Assembly: GCA_964016885.1 (NCBI GenBank)
Contig: OZ024741.1
Span: forward strand, 282,286,001 to 282,350,000
Length of the DNA: 64,000 nt
Direction: 5' to 3'
Origin: Eledone cirrhosa
Taxonomy: Eukaryota
The position numbers were made by a program, and so were the translations under genes. Below the pieces are notes generated by a model. The model was not told where the DNA came from and searched no databases. It saw nothing but the letters and a program-made list of their open reading frames with translations. Of this stretch, positions 1 through 12,388 are shown piece by piece (position 1 is the stretch's first letter; every line of letters begins with the position of its first letter).

Positions 1-329
1 TCTTTCACATATACCTTTTCTTTATATCTCTCTTATTATATATCAAATATTTGATAGGAAGGAATTCTATTTGCTGAGCTGACAGCATTTTTAATAAAGT
101 TCTTGCAAATAAACTTTATTACATTTTAAAAATCAATACATGACTATTAGTTGGGGGGGGGGGGGGGGGGCTGGGCTGGAAGAATGGACTGTCCCATGAC
201 ATTTGCAGGCCCTTAACATGGACATCATAGTTGAGGTTTTTCATAATTTTATTATGTCTTGCTTTCTGTAGTAAATAATAATTTGAATATATATATATAT
301 AATGAAATATATGGAGAATAGAAATGGCT

Positions 330-630
330 GTGTAGTTGCTATTTAAGGTAACTTAAAATGCAGTGGGAATACGAAGAAAGCAAGAACAGGTGAGGGGGGT
401 CCTCATCAGTTGTCTACTGGGGTCTAGGATATTTCTACGCTTTAAAGACAAGATACCACTTCACCCCAGGGCGTCAATAACTGGATAAGTTATTGGGAAA
501 ACGAAGGAAGGAGGGAAGGAAAGCAAAGGGGAAGAAAAGAGAAACAATAACAAAACAGCGAAAAAAACACAAACCGAGCAATGTGCGAGCAACTATAGGT
601 AGGAAATCCAAGACCACTCGATAAAAGAAC
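330..630 (-). mobile_element. Possible Penelope-like element 3' remnant
   Basis: Minus strand reads YSCSHIARFVF (resembles a Penelope C-terminal CxH motif), then a pyrimidine-rich tract and CAACTGATGAGG (first half of a hammerhead core). The GAAA half was not found. Confidence 0.3.
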
Positions 631-633
631 TTA

Positions 634-635
<2 letters not shown>

Positions 636-711
<76 letters not shown>

Positions 712-712
712 G
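636..712. repeat. (AG)n microsatellite
   Basis: Near-perfect AG dinucleotide run seen directly. Confidence 0.98.
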
Positions 713-734
713 GGGGGCAGGCTGAATAGTTGGA

Positions 735-878
735 CTGAACTGGTACTCAATCTATTAGCCTTGAAAGTTTGAAAGCAAAGTGGACCTTGGTGGGATTTGA
801 CCTCTGAGCTAAGTGAGCTGGATCAAATACTGAGTCATTTAACTCAACACTCTAATGATTCTGCCAATTCACCACCCT
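735..878 (-). mobile_element. Degenerate tRNA-type SINE (family A)
   Basis: Diverged match to the family A core gaaaggcaaagttgacctcggcgggatttgaactcag...ctgccaat. Confidence 0.7.
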
Positions 879-1002
879 AGTAAGGAAATAATACTCAAGG
901 GTTGTAGTCGTTTTGTAATTATGGGTTATTTAAAAGGGTATAAATGACACCAAGAAATCTCACCATTTGCAAATCCTTTATTGTCTCATGTTGAATAATA
1001 AT

Positions 1003-1189
1003 TGTTTCTACTTTTGGCACAAGGCCAGCAATTACCCAGTACATTACTGGTACTTTATTTTATCGACCCCGTAAGAATGAAAGGCAAAGTTGACCTCGGC
1101 GGGATTTGAACTCAGAATAGAAAGGGCTGTAACTCTATACGTCAAAGCATGACGTCCAACCCTCTACCGATACTGCCAATCGACCACCC
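1003..1189 (-). mobile_element. Young tRNA-type SINE (family A; central domain resembles the Meta-SINE domain) with 19-bp TSD
   Basis: Box A/B-like head (tggcagtatcggt...gagttcaaatcc), central gcctttcat..ggggtcgataaaataaagtaccag, (ATT)n tail. TSD tctcatgttgaataataat at 984-1002 and 1190-1208. Confidence 0.92.
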
Positions 1190-1208
1190 TCTCATGTTGA
1201 ATAATAAT

Positions 1209-1398
1209 GATTTCTAATTTAGGCACATGACCAACAATTTTTGAGGAGAAGAAAGACAATTACATCAACTTCAGTACGTAACTGGTACTTTATTTTATCA
1301 ACCTCAGAAGGAAGAAAAGCAAAGCTGACCATGCAGGATTTGAATTTAGAACATAAAGGGCTATAACTAAATGCCACAAGATATTTAGTCCAATGCCC
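1209..1398 (-). mobile_element. Older family A SINE
   Basis: Diverged copy of the same core, followed by a third degenerate copy of the target site (tctcatgttaatcataat). Confidence 0.8.
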
Positions 1399-2042
1399 TT
1401 CTCATGTTAATCATAATAAAATTCAGACATCTACATCATGTCTGAAAAGTTGGGTTATAATGGTTTTGAGCAGTGGTGACAAAACTGTGCACATTGGCAC
1501 ACTTGTGTACCATACCATCACATGTAATTAGGTGTGTTAGGAAAGAGCAAGACACTATTTCAAAAATAGTGAAATTCATAATAAAGTTTATATGTAATTG
1601 TCAAAGTGGGAAACAACTAAACTAAGAATGAAAACATTGCCAAAAAACACCAAGTGTCTGTTTCTCATTGGTAACTTTATACAATTTATTGACTAAAGAA
1701 GAAAGTTCAAATAACTGTTCTGTATTTTTTATTTTCTAAATTTATTTCTACTTTATGTTGCTCTAACACATATAAACACCTTTTCAATAGTTTTTCGAAT
1801 TTAGATACAAAGTGTGCTAAAATATTTAATACATTTCCTAATATTTTTTTAAGTAGTGTGTAGTTTGAGGGATATTTTACTGTTATTTTCATCAGGTCAA
1901 ACAACCTTGCAGCAGCTCCCTAGTTGTCACCTGAGTCATGTATGTGGGATGACTGTGAAGTGATGGTGCAATTTGTAACAGGAAGCTTGCGATCCCTCAT
2001 ATGAAAAACTTTACCTTTAACCAGAAATGAATTTAAAACACT

Positions 2043-2460
2043 TTAACCCTTTTGCTACCATATTAATAATTGTTTCTACTTTTGGTACAAGGCCAGCAAT
2101 TATCCCAGTGTATTACTGGTACTTTATTTTATCGACCCCGTTAACCTCGGCAGGGTTTGAACTCAGATCATAAAGGGAGGTAACTATGCTTCAAAGCATG
2201 GCATCCAACCCTCTACCGATAGTGCCAAATAATGAAAGGCAGCTAATAATTTACAAATAATTTTGAAAATAATCAACAATTTGGAGATATTTGGTAATAT
2301 TTTCATTCAAACTTTCTCATTATTAAGCTGGTATTTTGAGCATAATTTAACAGATTCTTACATATTTTTAAAGACTTTAGATAAATATAAACACTTTAAA
2401 GATAACAGCTTTATAACATCTGACTAGGGCAGTTTCAGGCAGTTTTGTATCAAAAGAACT
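2043..2460 (+). mobile_element. piggyBac-type TTAA MITE (family B) interrupted by a family A SINE at about 2064-2229
   Basis: Left end ttaa-CCCTTTTGCTACCATATT; right end gtatcaaaag; internal consensus shared with other B copies. Confidence 0.75.
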
Positions 2461-3453
2461 AAAAAACAAAATTCAACAAGAAAAGGAAAAGAAAAGAAAT
2501 GATACAGAATGGGTACAGATCAACTTACTCTATTTCAATTCCTCCACATAATAAACTACCTACAATAACTAGATTAGACACAATTCTCACTATTCTAATG
2601 AACTAATTATCACCAGTAGACAAATGAATTAAGATTGGAGATTGAGAAAAAGAAAACGTAAATAAATAAATAAATAAATAAATAATGGGCTTTCTCTCAA
2701 TCTCATATGTATTCTTATAATTCTCAAATTTGTATTACTGATACTAACAACATTTTAAAGTGATTAAATCCTTCCAGGGTTTAGTTTCTTGCTACTGTGT
2801 TGTGGCAGCAACTTAGTCATGCTCATTTGCATAGATTTGCAGTGGAGAAAAAAAGTACAAACTAGCCAAATGTAGGGGAAGTAGGATATTCCTCAGGGGG
2901 AATTTAATATTTTCTAAAGAGTAACAATATTTTCTCTTGACTTTTATCCGTTATTTTCTTCTACTTTTTGTTTCTTGCCCCCACCCCACCACCGCTCATT
3001 CCCCTTTCATTTACAGATGCCAAACTATGTAATGTTAATACCACAGGAAATAGAAGTGGCATGACACACCCATAGAAAAAACACACACACAAAACCCACA
3101 TTTTAATAAACATTGAAAATATATTATCCAAGAATCAAGTGTATAAGTGTTAGTTTTCCAATCTGACGTGATAGTGGCAGTTGTTAAAAAGGAGTAAATG
3201 TTTCAATGAATTAGTTTCTTCTCTTCTCCGACAAAACTGGTGAAATCCTGATAGTTGAAACTGATCTGTTTAGAGGCAATTTTAAAAGGTTGAATTTAAT
3301 ATTCCAGGATGAAAACTAAATAGACTAAGCGGAATGTTGATGCCTTAGTTTATTATGTTCTAAATGAAACGAATATGTGTGTTAATGTTATGAAACATTT
3401 TTATTTAAATCTAGATAGTAGCATGTCAACTTAAATCTTTACATATCCTAAAC

Positions 3454-3618
3454 CAGACATGGGCAGCTTTTTTATAGCAGTGGGCCATATAGGATGTAGC
3501 TCATCATGAGGTGGAATGCACTACTAAAAGAATTCAAGACAATTTTGAAATTAGGTGTGATATTCAGTAAGCCAAATGGGCTGCATGCAGCTTGCGGGCC
3601 ACAGTTTGCCCATGACTG
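3454..3618. mobile_element. hAT (Charlie-like) MITE, family D; related copies near 24250-24342 and 62133-62237
   Basis: TIRs CAGACATGGGCA / TGCCCATGACTG; degenerate 8-bp flanks tcctaaac / ttttagac resembling the NTCTAGAN target. Confidence 0.8.
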
Positions 3619-5190
3619 TTTTAGACTGTATAAAAACAGAAAAAAGTATAACTATTAACCACAATTACTAACAGTTAATAAGACAACAAATAATGAGCTG
3701 TAACCTCATCCTACCCACTCCCAATTTTTTCTTAATTTAACAATTTTGTTACCATAGTTCTATTGAAAGATGTTGCATATTATTTTCAAATCATTTTGAA
3801 AATAATCAAAAGAAATGACTAAAAGGGTTGGCCCCAGGAAGAGTATCTAGCCATAAAAAAATACTTATAAAAGGATCCCATGATGGCTATAAAGCTTGTT
3901 ATGGAATCTGCAAGGTAAATTCCTGCTTTAGTAGAGGAAGTGGCCATGAAACACTTGTTGGTGTTTTGTATAAGATAGATCTAAATAGTTGATTAATCAA
4001 TAAAAAAGGACAAGTGTTTCACTAATTTTATTTGAATTATCAAAACATCTAACAGTTATCTTGGATGTCATTTCTAACAGCCGTCCCTCCTCTACTATAA
4101 AGAAAGAAATCAAGCCCAAAACAGAGCATGCAATCAAGACATAGTCACTTGATTGGTCTAGCCTCAGTACATGTCAGTCTGTCTAACACATGCAAGCATG
4201 GAAAATAGATGTTAACTGGCAATGATGATGTTGATTAGTAAGGCTGATTTTTGCATAGCAATGTTGGTTTCTTAACTAGAGACAGACAGATTTATGGTAG
4301 AGGAGAAATAAAATCTATATTTAGGGCTATGGTTTCTCCAATGGTATTAATGACAGTAAAGTAACTGGTTGCCTCTGTTAGTCAAGAATGGGTTTCATAT
4401 TCCACTTGCCAGCTATGTTAGAAGAATTTTCTTAAGAGTATCTAGAGTGTAGCTATCTTTATAGCATTATAGCACTAAATGGCCATCACGGTATAAGTCC
4501 ATGTTAAAATCTGAGAACCTGCTCTTCAGTTTGTCCAGGATATATAATTTGACTCAAGTGTGTATATCCATGTTATCAAATAATGCCATGCTTATGTTAA
4601 AGAGGTACATAAAGTCAGATTTTTTTTCATGCAGGTTGAGCAGTAGTGCTTCAGATTGTCCCTGTAGAAGTTCTGAAGCATGACCACTAGACCAATCTGT
4701 CATGTATGACCATATTACATCAACCTATATAAGATATATCAGAAGGTAAGTTCAAATAGTGCTTCTTCAACCATGAAACATCTGAACAAGGAGAATGCCA
4801 TAAAATTAGCCAGCCATATATATAAGCTGAAAAAAATCTCATTGCAGATTACGTGATAAAATGGAAAATTGTAGAACAATCCTGACCTTATTTCAATAGA
4901 TCAAAGAAATATCAATTCTGGACAGTAAAGAGATGGCAGTACCTGTAATTCAAAACCTTGTTCTGAAATGTTTCACACTGATTCTGTCTGAGGATTAAAT
5001 TAAAAGTACAGTTATTGATAGAATACTCAACCATTTACACTGTATTGATTTTTGATTTAGGAACAGGGTCCACAGATTTGGAGGATGGGCAAAGTTGATT
5101 GAATCAACCCGAGTACTTGACTGGTACTTTATTCTAACAATCTTGGAAGGATGAAAGAAAAAAATTAACTTTGATGGGATTTGTACTTAG

Positions 5191-8100
5191 TATGGTAGGA
5201 AATGACAATGAGATGGGTGGTGTAGGTATACTATTAGCTGACAAATGGGTAGATAAGGTAATCTCAGTGAACAGGGTGAGTGCAAGAATCATTAAACTCC
5301 GACTAGTCCTGAAAAAAACAATTGTCACAATAAAATCAGCTTACGCACCCCAATCAGGGTTGCCAGACGAACTTAAGGGTACTGCCCAAACAAACGACAA
5401 TGACTTCCTAATCATTGCAGAAGATTTTAACGGACAAGTTGCTAAACACTGTGACGGCTTCTATAGAGTCCATGGAGGCCACGGGTTTGGCACAAGAAAT
5501 GAAGAAGGTTTCAGGCTTCTAGAATTCTGCGATGCCAATGACATGTCGATATGTAAAACAAACTTCAAAAAACCCGACAACCATCTGATCACCTATAAAT
5601 CAGCGGAGCATTCTAGTCAGATAGATTTTATCCTCATCAGAGGACGTGATAGATGGACGGTCATAAACACAAAAGCCTTCCCTAGTGAGGAATGCACCTC
5701 CCAACTGTCAGCGACCTCACTGTCAGAACTAAATGAACTTGGAAACAGAAGGCAACCTGGAGAAGAAAGATCTGGAAGCTGAAAGACCCCTCAGCCAGTA
5801 ACAGATTTAAAGATATTTTACTCGATGCCAATGACAGTAAAGAAGAACAGATAGAGACATTCAATGTAGAAGCGCACTGGGAGTTCCTAAAAAATAACTT
5901 ACTAAAGGCGACGGACGAGATCTGTGGTTGGAGCAAGACCACAGGGAGGATGAGAGTGACTTGGTGGTGGAACAATAAGGTAGATGAAGCAGTTAAGGCT
6001 AAGAGACAGGCATGGAAAGAATGGAAGAACGGGGGAAGCAAGGTACATTACATAGAGACCAGGAGGGAAGCTAGGCGACAAGTATACTTAGCTAGGAGGG
6101 AAGCGGAGGATAGAAAATTCAAGCATGTTTTGCAACGCGAGGCCCAGAAACAGGAGGTGTTCAAGATTGCGAGGCAGTGTGTCGGAGAGAATTGTGATAT
6201 GATTGGAGAGAAGTGTATCCGGAATGATAAAGGTGAGCTTGCCCTCACAAGTGCTGAGAAGAAAGATGCGTGCAAGAGCCATTATGAAAGATTACTAAAT
6301 GAAGAGAATGCATGGGAAAAAGAGAGCCTACCCCAAGTGGACCCTATAAAGGGGCCAGCAGTACAAGTCAGTAACAGCGTAGTAAGTAAGGCAATCAAAG
6401 ACATGAAGACGGGGAAGGTAACCGGTCCATCGGGTATAGCTGCTGAGATGATGAAGGCATCTGAGTCAGTAGGCCACACCATAACCACACGTATTGTTAA
6501 CCAGGTAATACTAGAAGGTGTCATACCAAAGGATTGGTGCAGCAGCATCCTTGTCAACTGCTACAAGGGTAAAGGTGATGCACTAGATAGAGGAAACTAT
6601 AGAGGTATAAAGCTGATGGAGCAGGTCATGAAAGTAACAGAAAGAGTTATAGCACAGTTGATTAGGGACCGGGTGAAACTAGATGAGATGCAATTTGGGT
6701 TTGTGCCAGGAAAAGGCACCACTGATGCCCTCTTCCTTGTGAGGTAGTTACAGGAAAAGTACCTAGCTAAAAGTAAGCCGCTCTACCTGGCATTCGTCGA
6801 TCTGGAAAAAGCCTTCGACAGAGTCCCCTGTGTTATAATCTTAGAAAAGTAGATGAATGGCTTGTGAAAGCTGTACAAGCCATGAATAGGGGAGCAGTCA
6901 GCAAAGTTAGGATTAGCAATGACTATAGCGAGGAATTTAGCATACAGGTCGGTGTCCACCAGGGCTCTGTTCTTAGCCCTCTCCTGTTCATCATAGTTTT
7001 GCAGGCAATAACGGAGGAGTTTAAGACCGGATGCCCATGGGAACTCACTCCTGTATGCGGATTATCTCGCACTTATAGCTGAATCTATGGTAGAACTAGA
7101 AAAGAAATTCCAAACATGGAAACAGGGACTAGAAAGAAAGGGTCTCAAAGTCAACCTGACGAAGACTGAGGTCCTCATAAGTAGACTAGAAAACAGAACC
7201 CAGATCCCCCCAGGGAAGTGGCCTTGCTCAGTATGTAGGAAAGGTGTAGGTAGGAACTCCATCCTCTGCCCCAAATGCAAACAATGGGTACACAAGAGAT
7301 GTAGGGGGATCTCAGGAAGATTAACTAAGAATGTAGGCTTCACATGCAGCAGCTGTGCTGGGACAGCAAGCAGCAAACAGCCACAGGAAACAAGTACCAC
7401 CAATCTCTGGGAGGGCTCTGTAGAAATAGTAGACAGCGTCTGCTACCTAGGTGACCGAATTAGCAGCGGAGATGGGTGTTCAGAAAGTACAATAACTAGG
7501 GTAAGAACGGGATGGAAGAAGTTCAGGGAGCTACTGCCACTGCTAACTGCAAAAGGCTTTTCCCTCAAAATGAAAGGCAGACTGTATGATGCGTGTATAC
7601 AAACAGCAATGTTACATGGTAGTGAGACCTGGGCGCTGTCTGTGGAAGACTTGCATGCTCCGATGGATGTGTAATAGTAATATACGCGAACGGCAAAGCA
7701 TAAACAAATTGAGAGAGAGACTGCATATAAGAGGAATCAAATGCTGTTTGCAGGAGAGGAGGTTGCGTTGGTATGGACATGTGATGCGTATAAAGGATAA
7801 TAGCTGCATAAAAAGGTGCAGAGCACTAGAAGTTGATGGAAGCCGTGGAGTGGGGAGACCCAAGAAGACCTGGGATGAGATGATAAAAGCCGACCTTACC
7901 CAATTGCACCTCTCAAAGGCGATGACACACGACTGTGACCACTGGCGTCACGCAGAAATACAGAAGACCCAACTTCCCACGGGTACAAGCCAAAGCTGAA
8001 GCATATAGACAATATTCCCCCACGCCCTCCCACTGCAAAGTGGTCGTGGAGGTGCCATGGCAAAAAAAGCATCCAGCCCACTCTGTAAAGTGGACGTGTA

Positions 8101-8284
8101 GATGCCACGGAAAAAAAGCACCCAGCACTCACTGTGAATGAGGTTGGTGTTAGGAAGGGCATCCAGCTGTAGAAGTCAAGCCAGAATCAGTTCCCGTATG
8201 AGCAAGACAAGGTCAGCCAACCGGACACTGCCCACAACAGGACAACCCGTCTTACCCATGCTAGCGTAAAAGGTGATGATGACG
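5191..8284 (+). mobile_element. RTE-clade LINE family 1, 5'-truncated and inactivated (APE endonuclease + RT + PHD-like finger)
   Basis: APE motifs GVGILL, SAYAPQ, DFNG, SQIDFIL; RT motifs NYRGIKL, QFGF, GVHQGSVLSPLLF; RRLRWYGHVMR; GRPKKTW; (GAT)n tail; several frameshifts and a stop at 6747. Confidence 0.96.
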
Positions 8285-8846
8285 AATGCAAAGTGCCAGA
8301 ACAAATATCACAATTGTATTTCCACTGATGCTCCACCAATTCTACCAATAGATAAGTAGTTACATTGATCAAACAACTGAAACAAATAGAGGTTTCAATG
8401 AATAAAGAACACCCCCACCCCCCAAAAAAAAACAACTAAACATAATGACAACAAGGTGTTGTTGCTGTTGTTTTATTCATAAATATGATCATATGAATGA
8501 CTATTCAGTTATATTTAGAAAGGTAACTGATCTGTAATGTTTAGTAGCAGCCACAGTAATAATGCTTCTTGTATTAAATATTTACAAACTACTGTCATTC
8601 ACTAACAACTGGAGATCATGAAAGGCTTGAAGTAAACTCAATAACTAAATTAAGTAAACGAAACAGGATTTATATCTGCAGTTTACAGCACATAAACTAG
8701 ATACTGGGATGGATAAAGATCCTTTTAAATACTAAAACATTTGACAAGCTTCAGAGAAAAAGAATAAAACATAAAAGTACCAGTAATGCACTGGGTAATT
8801 GCTGGCCTTGTGCCTAAAGTAGAAACAATTATTTAGTCAAGACAAG

Positions 8847-9052
8847 AGCAGTGGGTTGGGAGAATTGTTAGGACAGTGAACAGAAGTTTTTGTGGCATTT
8901 ATTTACAGACTTTTATGTCCAAATCCTGCCGAGGTCAACATTGCCTTTCATCCTTTCGGAGTCAATAAAATAAACTACCAGTTAAGTACTGGAGTTGATA
9001 TAATTGTCATTCCCCTTTCTCTAAATTTCTGGCCTTGTGCCTGCTATAAAAC
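8847..9052 (+). mobile_element. Family A SINE with 19-bp TSD; a second SINE 3' fragment lies at about 8775-8830
   Basis: TSD attatttagtcaagacaag at 8828-8846 and 9053-9071; core gcctttcatcctttcggagtcaataaaat. Confidence 0.88.
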
Positions 9053-9134
9053 ATTATTTAGTCAAGACAAGTACTGAATGTAATAGATAACATACCTTGT
9101 GATATATATCCATGTCACTTTACATTAAAATAGA

Positions 9135-9445
9135 TGTATATATGAAAGCATATATGATATGTTTATGTATAATAAACATACATGAGTCTCACTATGAATG
9201 TTTTAATCTTTGATCATGTCACAGCTATCTCAGTAGCTGCATGTGGATGCCAGACACTTATGTTTCAAGATTTTTATTTGTCACCATTGAATTTTAATCA
9301 CTACTGAGACAAGAATAAGCTATGGCTTATATACTATTTTGCACCTGAAACATCAGCTGGAGATGCTTATTTGCATATGGTGCAAGCTTGACTGTCAAGG
9401 ATTAGCAGTAGCACTAACATAGCATGGTTCATAATAAAGGTGTGT
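9135..9445 (+). repeat. Old interspersed repeat (family F); second copy at about 27610-27925
   Basis: Colinear shared blocks atcatgtcacagctatctcag, atgccaga, caagaataagct, ttcataata. Confidence 0.75.
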
Positions 9446-10078
9446 AAAAGGCATATACTAAGTTTAAAGGTAAATATACATATTATAAATATATGAATTA
9501 ACAAACCTATTTTTAGATATTTTCTGCTAAATCCTTACAGGAAGTTAAGAGTTAACTACAGAATAATTTACCCAATGGTGTCTATTCAGTATATTCTATT
9601 AAGAAATGCAAGTATTTAGAACACTGTCATGTTTAGAGAAATCTGTTGTCTATTTTCTGGTGTGTCAGTCATTTTTAAACCTTATAGATGTGTAGCTAAA
9701 CCCTTACAATTTTTTGTGTAATGCTATCAGGCAAATGCACTTACATGCCCTTCCTTCTTCATGATTTAGACTAGACAGTGGAATGATCCTGACCTTGAAC
9801 ATTTGCACTATTATCAAATTCTTACAGCTGTTCTGGAAAATGGAGAAACAAGCTAAAATCTGCTAGATTCAAATGATTCATTCCTTATTCAGCCCCTCTC
9901 TCCCACCCCATCTCTCTCTACCACATACTTTACTTTGTTACTCCTTTCCTGTGGCTACACTTTGACACAAAGAGGCTTACTTTCATATCACCATATGAAA
10001 GCAATATTGTAGTACAGATGTACCACCAGCTGTGTACATATAGCACAAACATGAATACAAACCTAAATAGATTCTTAA

Positions 10079-10280
10079 CTCTTAGCATCCTGGATCTCAT
10101 CAAAACCACATTAGCAAAACATTCTTTAAAGATACAAAACGGTACTATGACTGCATGAATTTAAACATTAGTTTACTGCAAATTTTCACATTGATCTATC
10201 CACTAGTAAAGATACTGCAAACATTTGAATTAAAATATTTTTTAGATATTTTCTGCTAAATCATTACAGGATGTTAAGAG
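10079..10280. mobile_element. TTAA-flanked MITE (family E); partial copies near 9505-9555 and 41385-41482
   Basis: ttaa-CTCTTAGCATCCTG...CAGGATGTTAAGAG-ttaa: 14-bp TIRs with one mismatch and a TTAA TSD. Confidence 0.85.
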
Positions 10281-10389
10281 TTAAATCTACATATGAAATA
10301 TATCCACATTTCATTTTAATAAGTCCCATAGGAGCCACTATGTGGTCTCACTCCTGCTAGAAATAGCCTACCACCCCAAGAGAAGGAAG

Positions 10390-10550
10390 TAGACATTAGA
10401 TAATGTAGATATAGGGATATAATGTTTGATATAAGGACATATTGTAAAGATAGGTGCATGAGATATAAAGACATGTATATATAGGGATTTATTGTCTGAT
10501 ATAGGGACATAATGTAGATATAGGGACCTGTCTGGTATTGGAACATATTG
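10390..10550. repeat. Degenerate tandem repeat of about 20 bp (gatatagggacataatgta)
   Basis: Recurring atataggga / ataatgt units. Confidence 0.7.
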
Positions 10551-11777
10551 TTTAAAAAATAAGATGGAGTGGTCACTGTTGGAATGCTCTTGGTCATATC
10601 TGCTAAATCAGACACACATGTATACATTCATTTCTTTTTCTTTCTTCCAAAGTCAGACAGTCATGTATATAATTAAATGTATAGAAATATTTACATTGTT
10701 CATCATCAGTGTCTTTAACATTTTCCTCTTTTTAATGGTAATTGAAGAGATTGTCATCATTTTTACACCCATTTTGCTGTTATGGCATGGATTGGATGGG
10801 ATATTGGACAATGTTTTACAAACTGATGTCCTTCTTAATGCTTCAAAACAAACATCCTTTTGTGTTTTGGAATCCACAATAATGCAGGTAGGGTTGTAAA
10901 TATTGAGGTAACAAAATCAAATGGGGATAGGGATAGAAATGAAAGTGAGTAAAAAGAAGGTATGAAAAAGGAAAAAAAAAACAAGAAATTAGAAACTATG
11001 CTACCTTGGTTATCCTGATATATTTTGGATATACTAACTATTTTCAAAGGATCTGTTGGAAACCTCAGAGTACTGGAGAGGAATGTTTTAGATCTCCACT
11101 GTAGAACTAATGGCAGTTTCATATTAAAAGGGTTAAGATAGAATCTGTTGCTTCAGATGCAAGCAATGCAGTGATGATCGTTTTTTGACATCATAGGAAA
11201 TGTGATAGGATTATGTCATGGGACTTGCTATGGGTGCTGCAAACTTCTAGGTATGGCTTTCTTATCCTAGTTAACATATATGCATAAAATTCTATGAACT
11301 TATATGGGTACATTGAGTTCTTTTATAGTTTTGTACAATAACATATACATAACCTAAACACTCACACAAACAAATCTATATTTATCCATCAAATAAATTG
11401 CCCTTCACACAATTTCTTGTGTCATTAGTTTGTGAAGTACTGTATATTTTATGAAAGTAGGCCACTGGTTAAATACATATTTTTTCTCTGAAGAAAAGTA
11501 CTTTCTCTGATAGAACTAAGAAAAGCACTTACAATTTTCAGAGTAGTACTACATAGAGCAAAGTAGATTCATCTACTGAGAAATAAATTGACATAATGTT
11601 GTGTTGATGTGACAGGATATGAACCATTGAGCTATTGGTGGCCAGTTGAGAGATAATGTGTAGACTCTATTATCAGTGCCATATAACATCCCAGAATTTT
11701 TAGGTGCTAAAAGGGAAACAATTATATCATTTAAGAGTCATATTAACTATTTTAATGGGTATTATAACTTTTCAATG

Positions 11778-11960
11778 AAGGTGCATGGCTTTGCGAGTAG
11801 AGAGTTGGATTCACAATTGTGAGGTCGTGAGTTCGATTCCCAGGCCGGGCAATGTGTTGTGCTCCTGAGAAAGATGCTTTATTTCATGTTGCTCCTTCTG
11901 CCAGGAGTTGCAACCAATAGATAGTATCAGTAATTGGAAAGAACAATGGAAGCATTGTTT
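11778..11960 (+). mobile_element. tRNA-derived CORE-like SINE; related copies at about 22585-22920 (+), 24345-24840 (-, two) and 61270-61570 (+)
   Basis: Box B gagttcgattccc followed by gtgctcctgagaaagatgctttatttcatgttgctcc. The other copies share the body ctgaatctc..gagaact..gtctgtggaatgctcag. Confidence 0.75.
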
Positions 11961-12076
11961 CCTTGGTTTTCCCAGATGAGTAAGCATCTTACTCGGTAAG
12001 CAAATGAGCTCTGGGATCTTGTCAATTCAAATCAACATGACTCTTCAACAATGCAACAATTATATATATACATACC

Positions 12077-12154
<78 letters not shown>

Positions 12155-12388
12155 GTAAAACGCCAGTGGAGGTGCCTTCTCCATTTTAGCTAACTCATAG
12201 AGATAGTGGATTATGGCTAATGTATCTAGGAGGAAAATGGAGAAACCTCTTTAGAGGCAACAACTTGTATTTCACTTTATTAACATTACCAAAATGCATG
12301 TTGGAGATGAAAGGTATATGTATGTACATACATACGTATGTGTATATATGCATGTATGTATATATATATATATATATATACGCACCTA

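Noticed and set aside
385-415. Hammerhead ribozyme (CTGATGAG on the minus strand)
   Set aside because: No stem II-GAAA-stem III-NUH could be completed by eye.
5682-7863. Antisense ORFs over the LINEs (also 21464-22025, 43872-44874, 51104-52934, 57717-58677)
   Set aside because: Shadow ORFs of RT coding sequence with no independent motifs.
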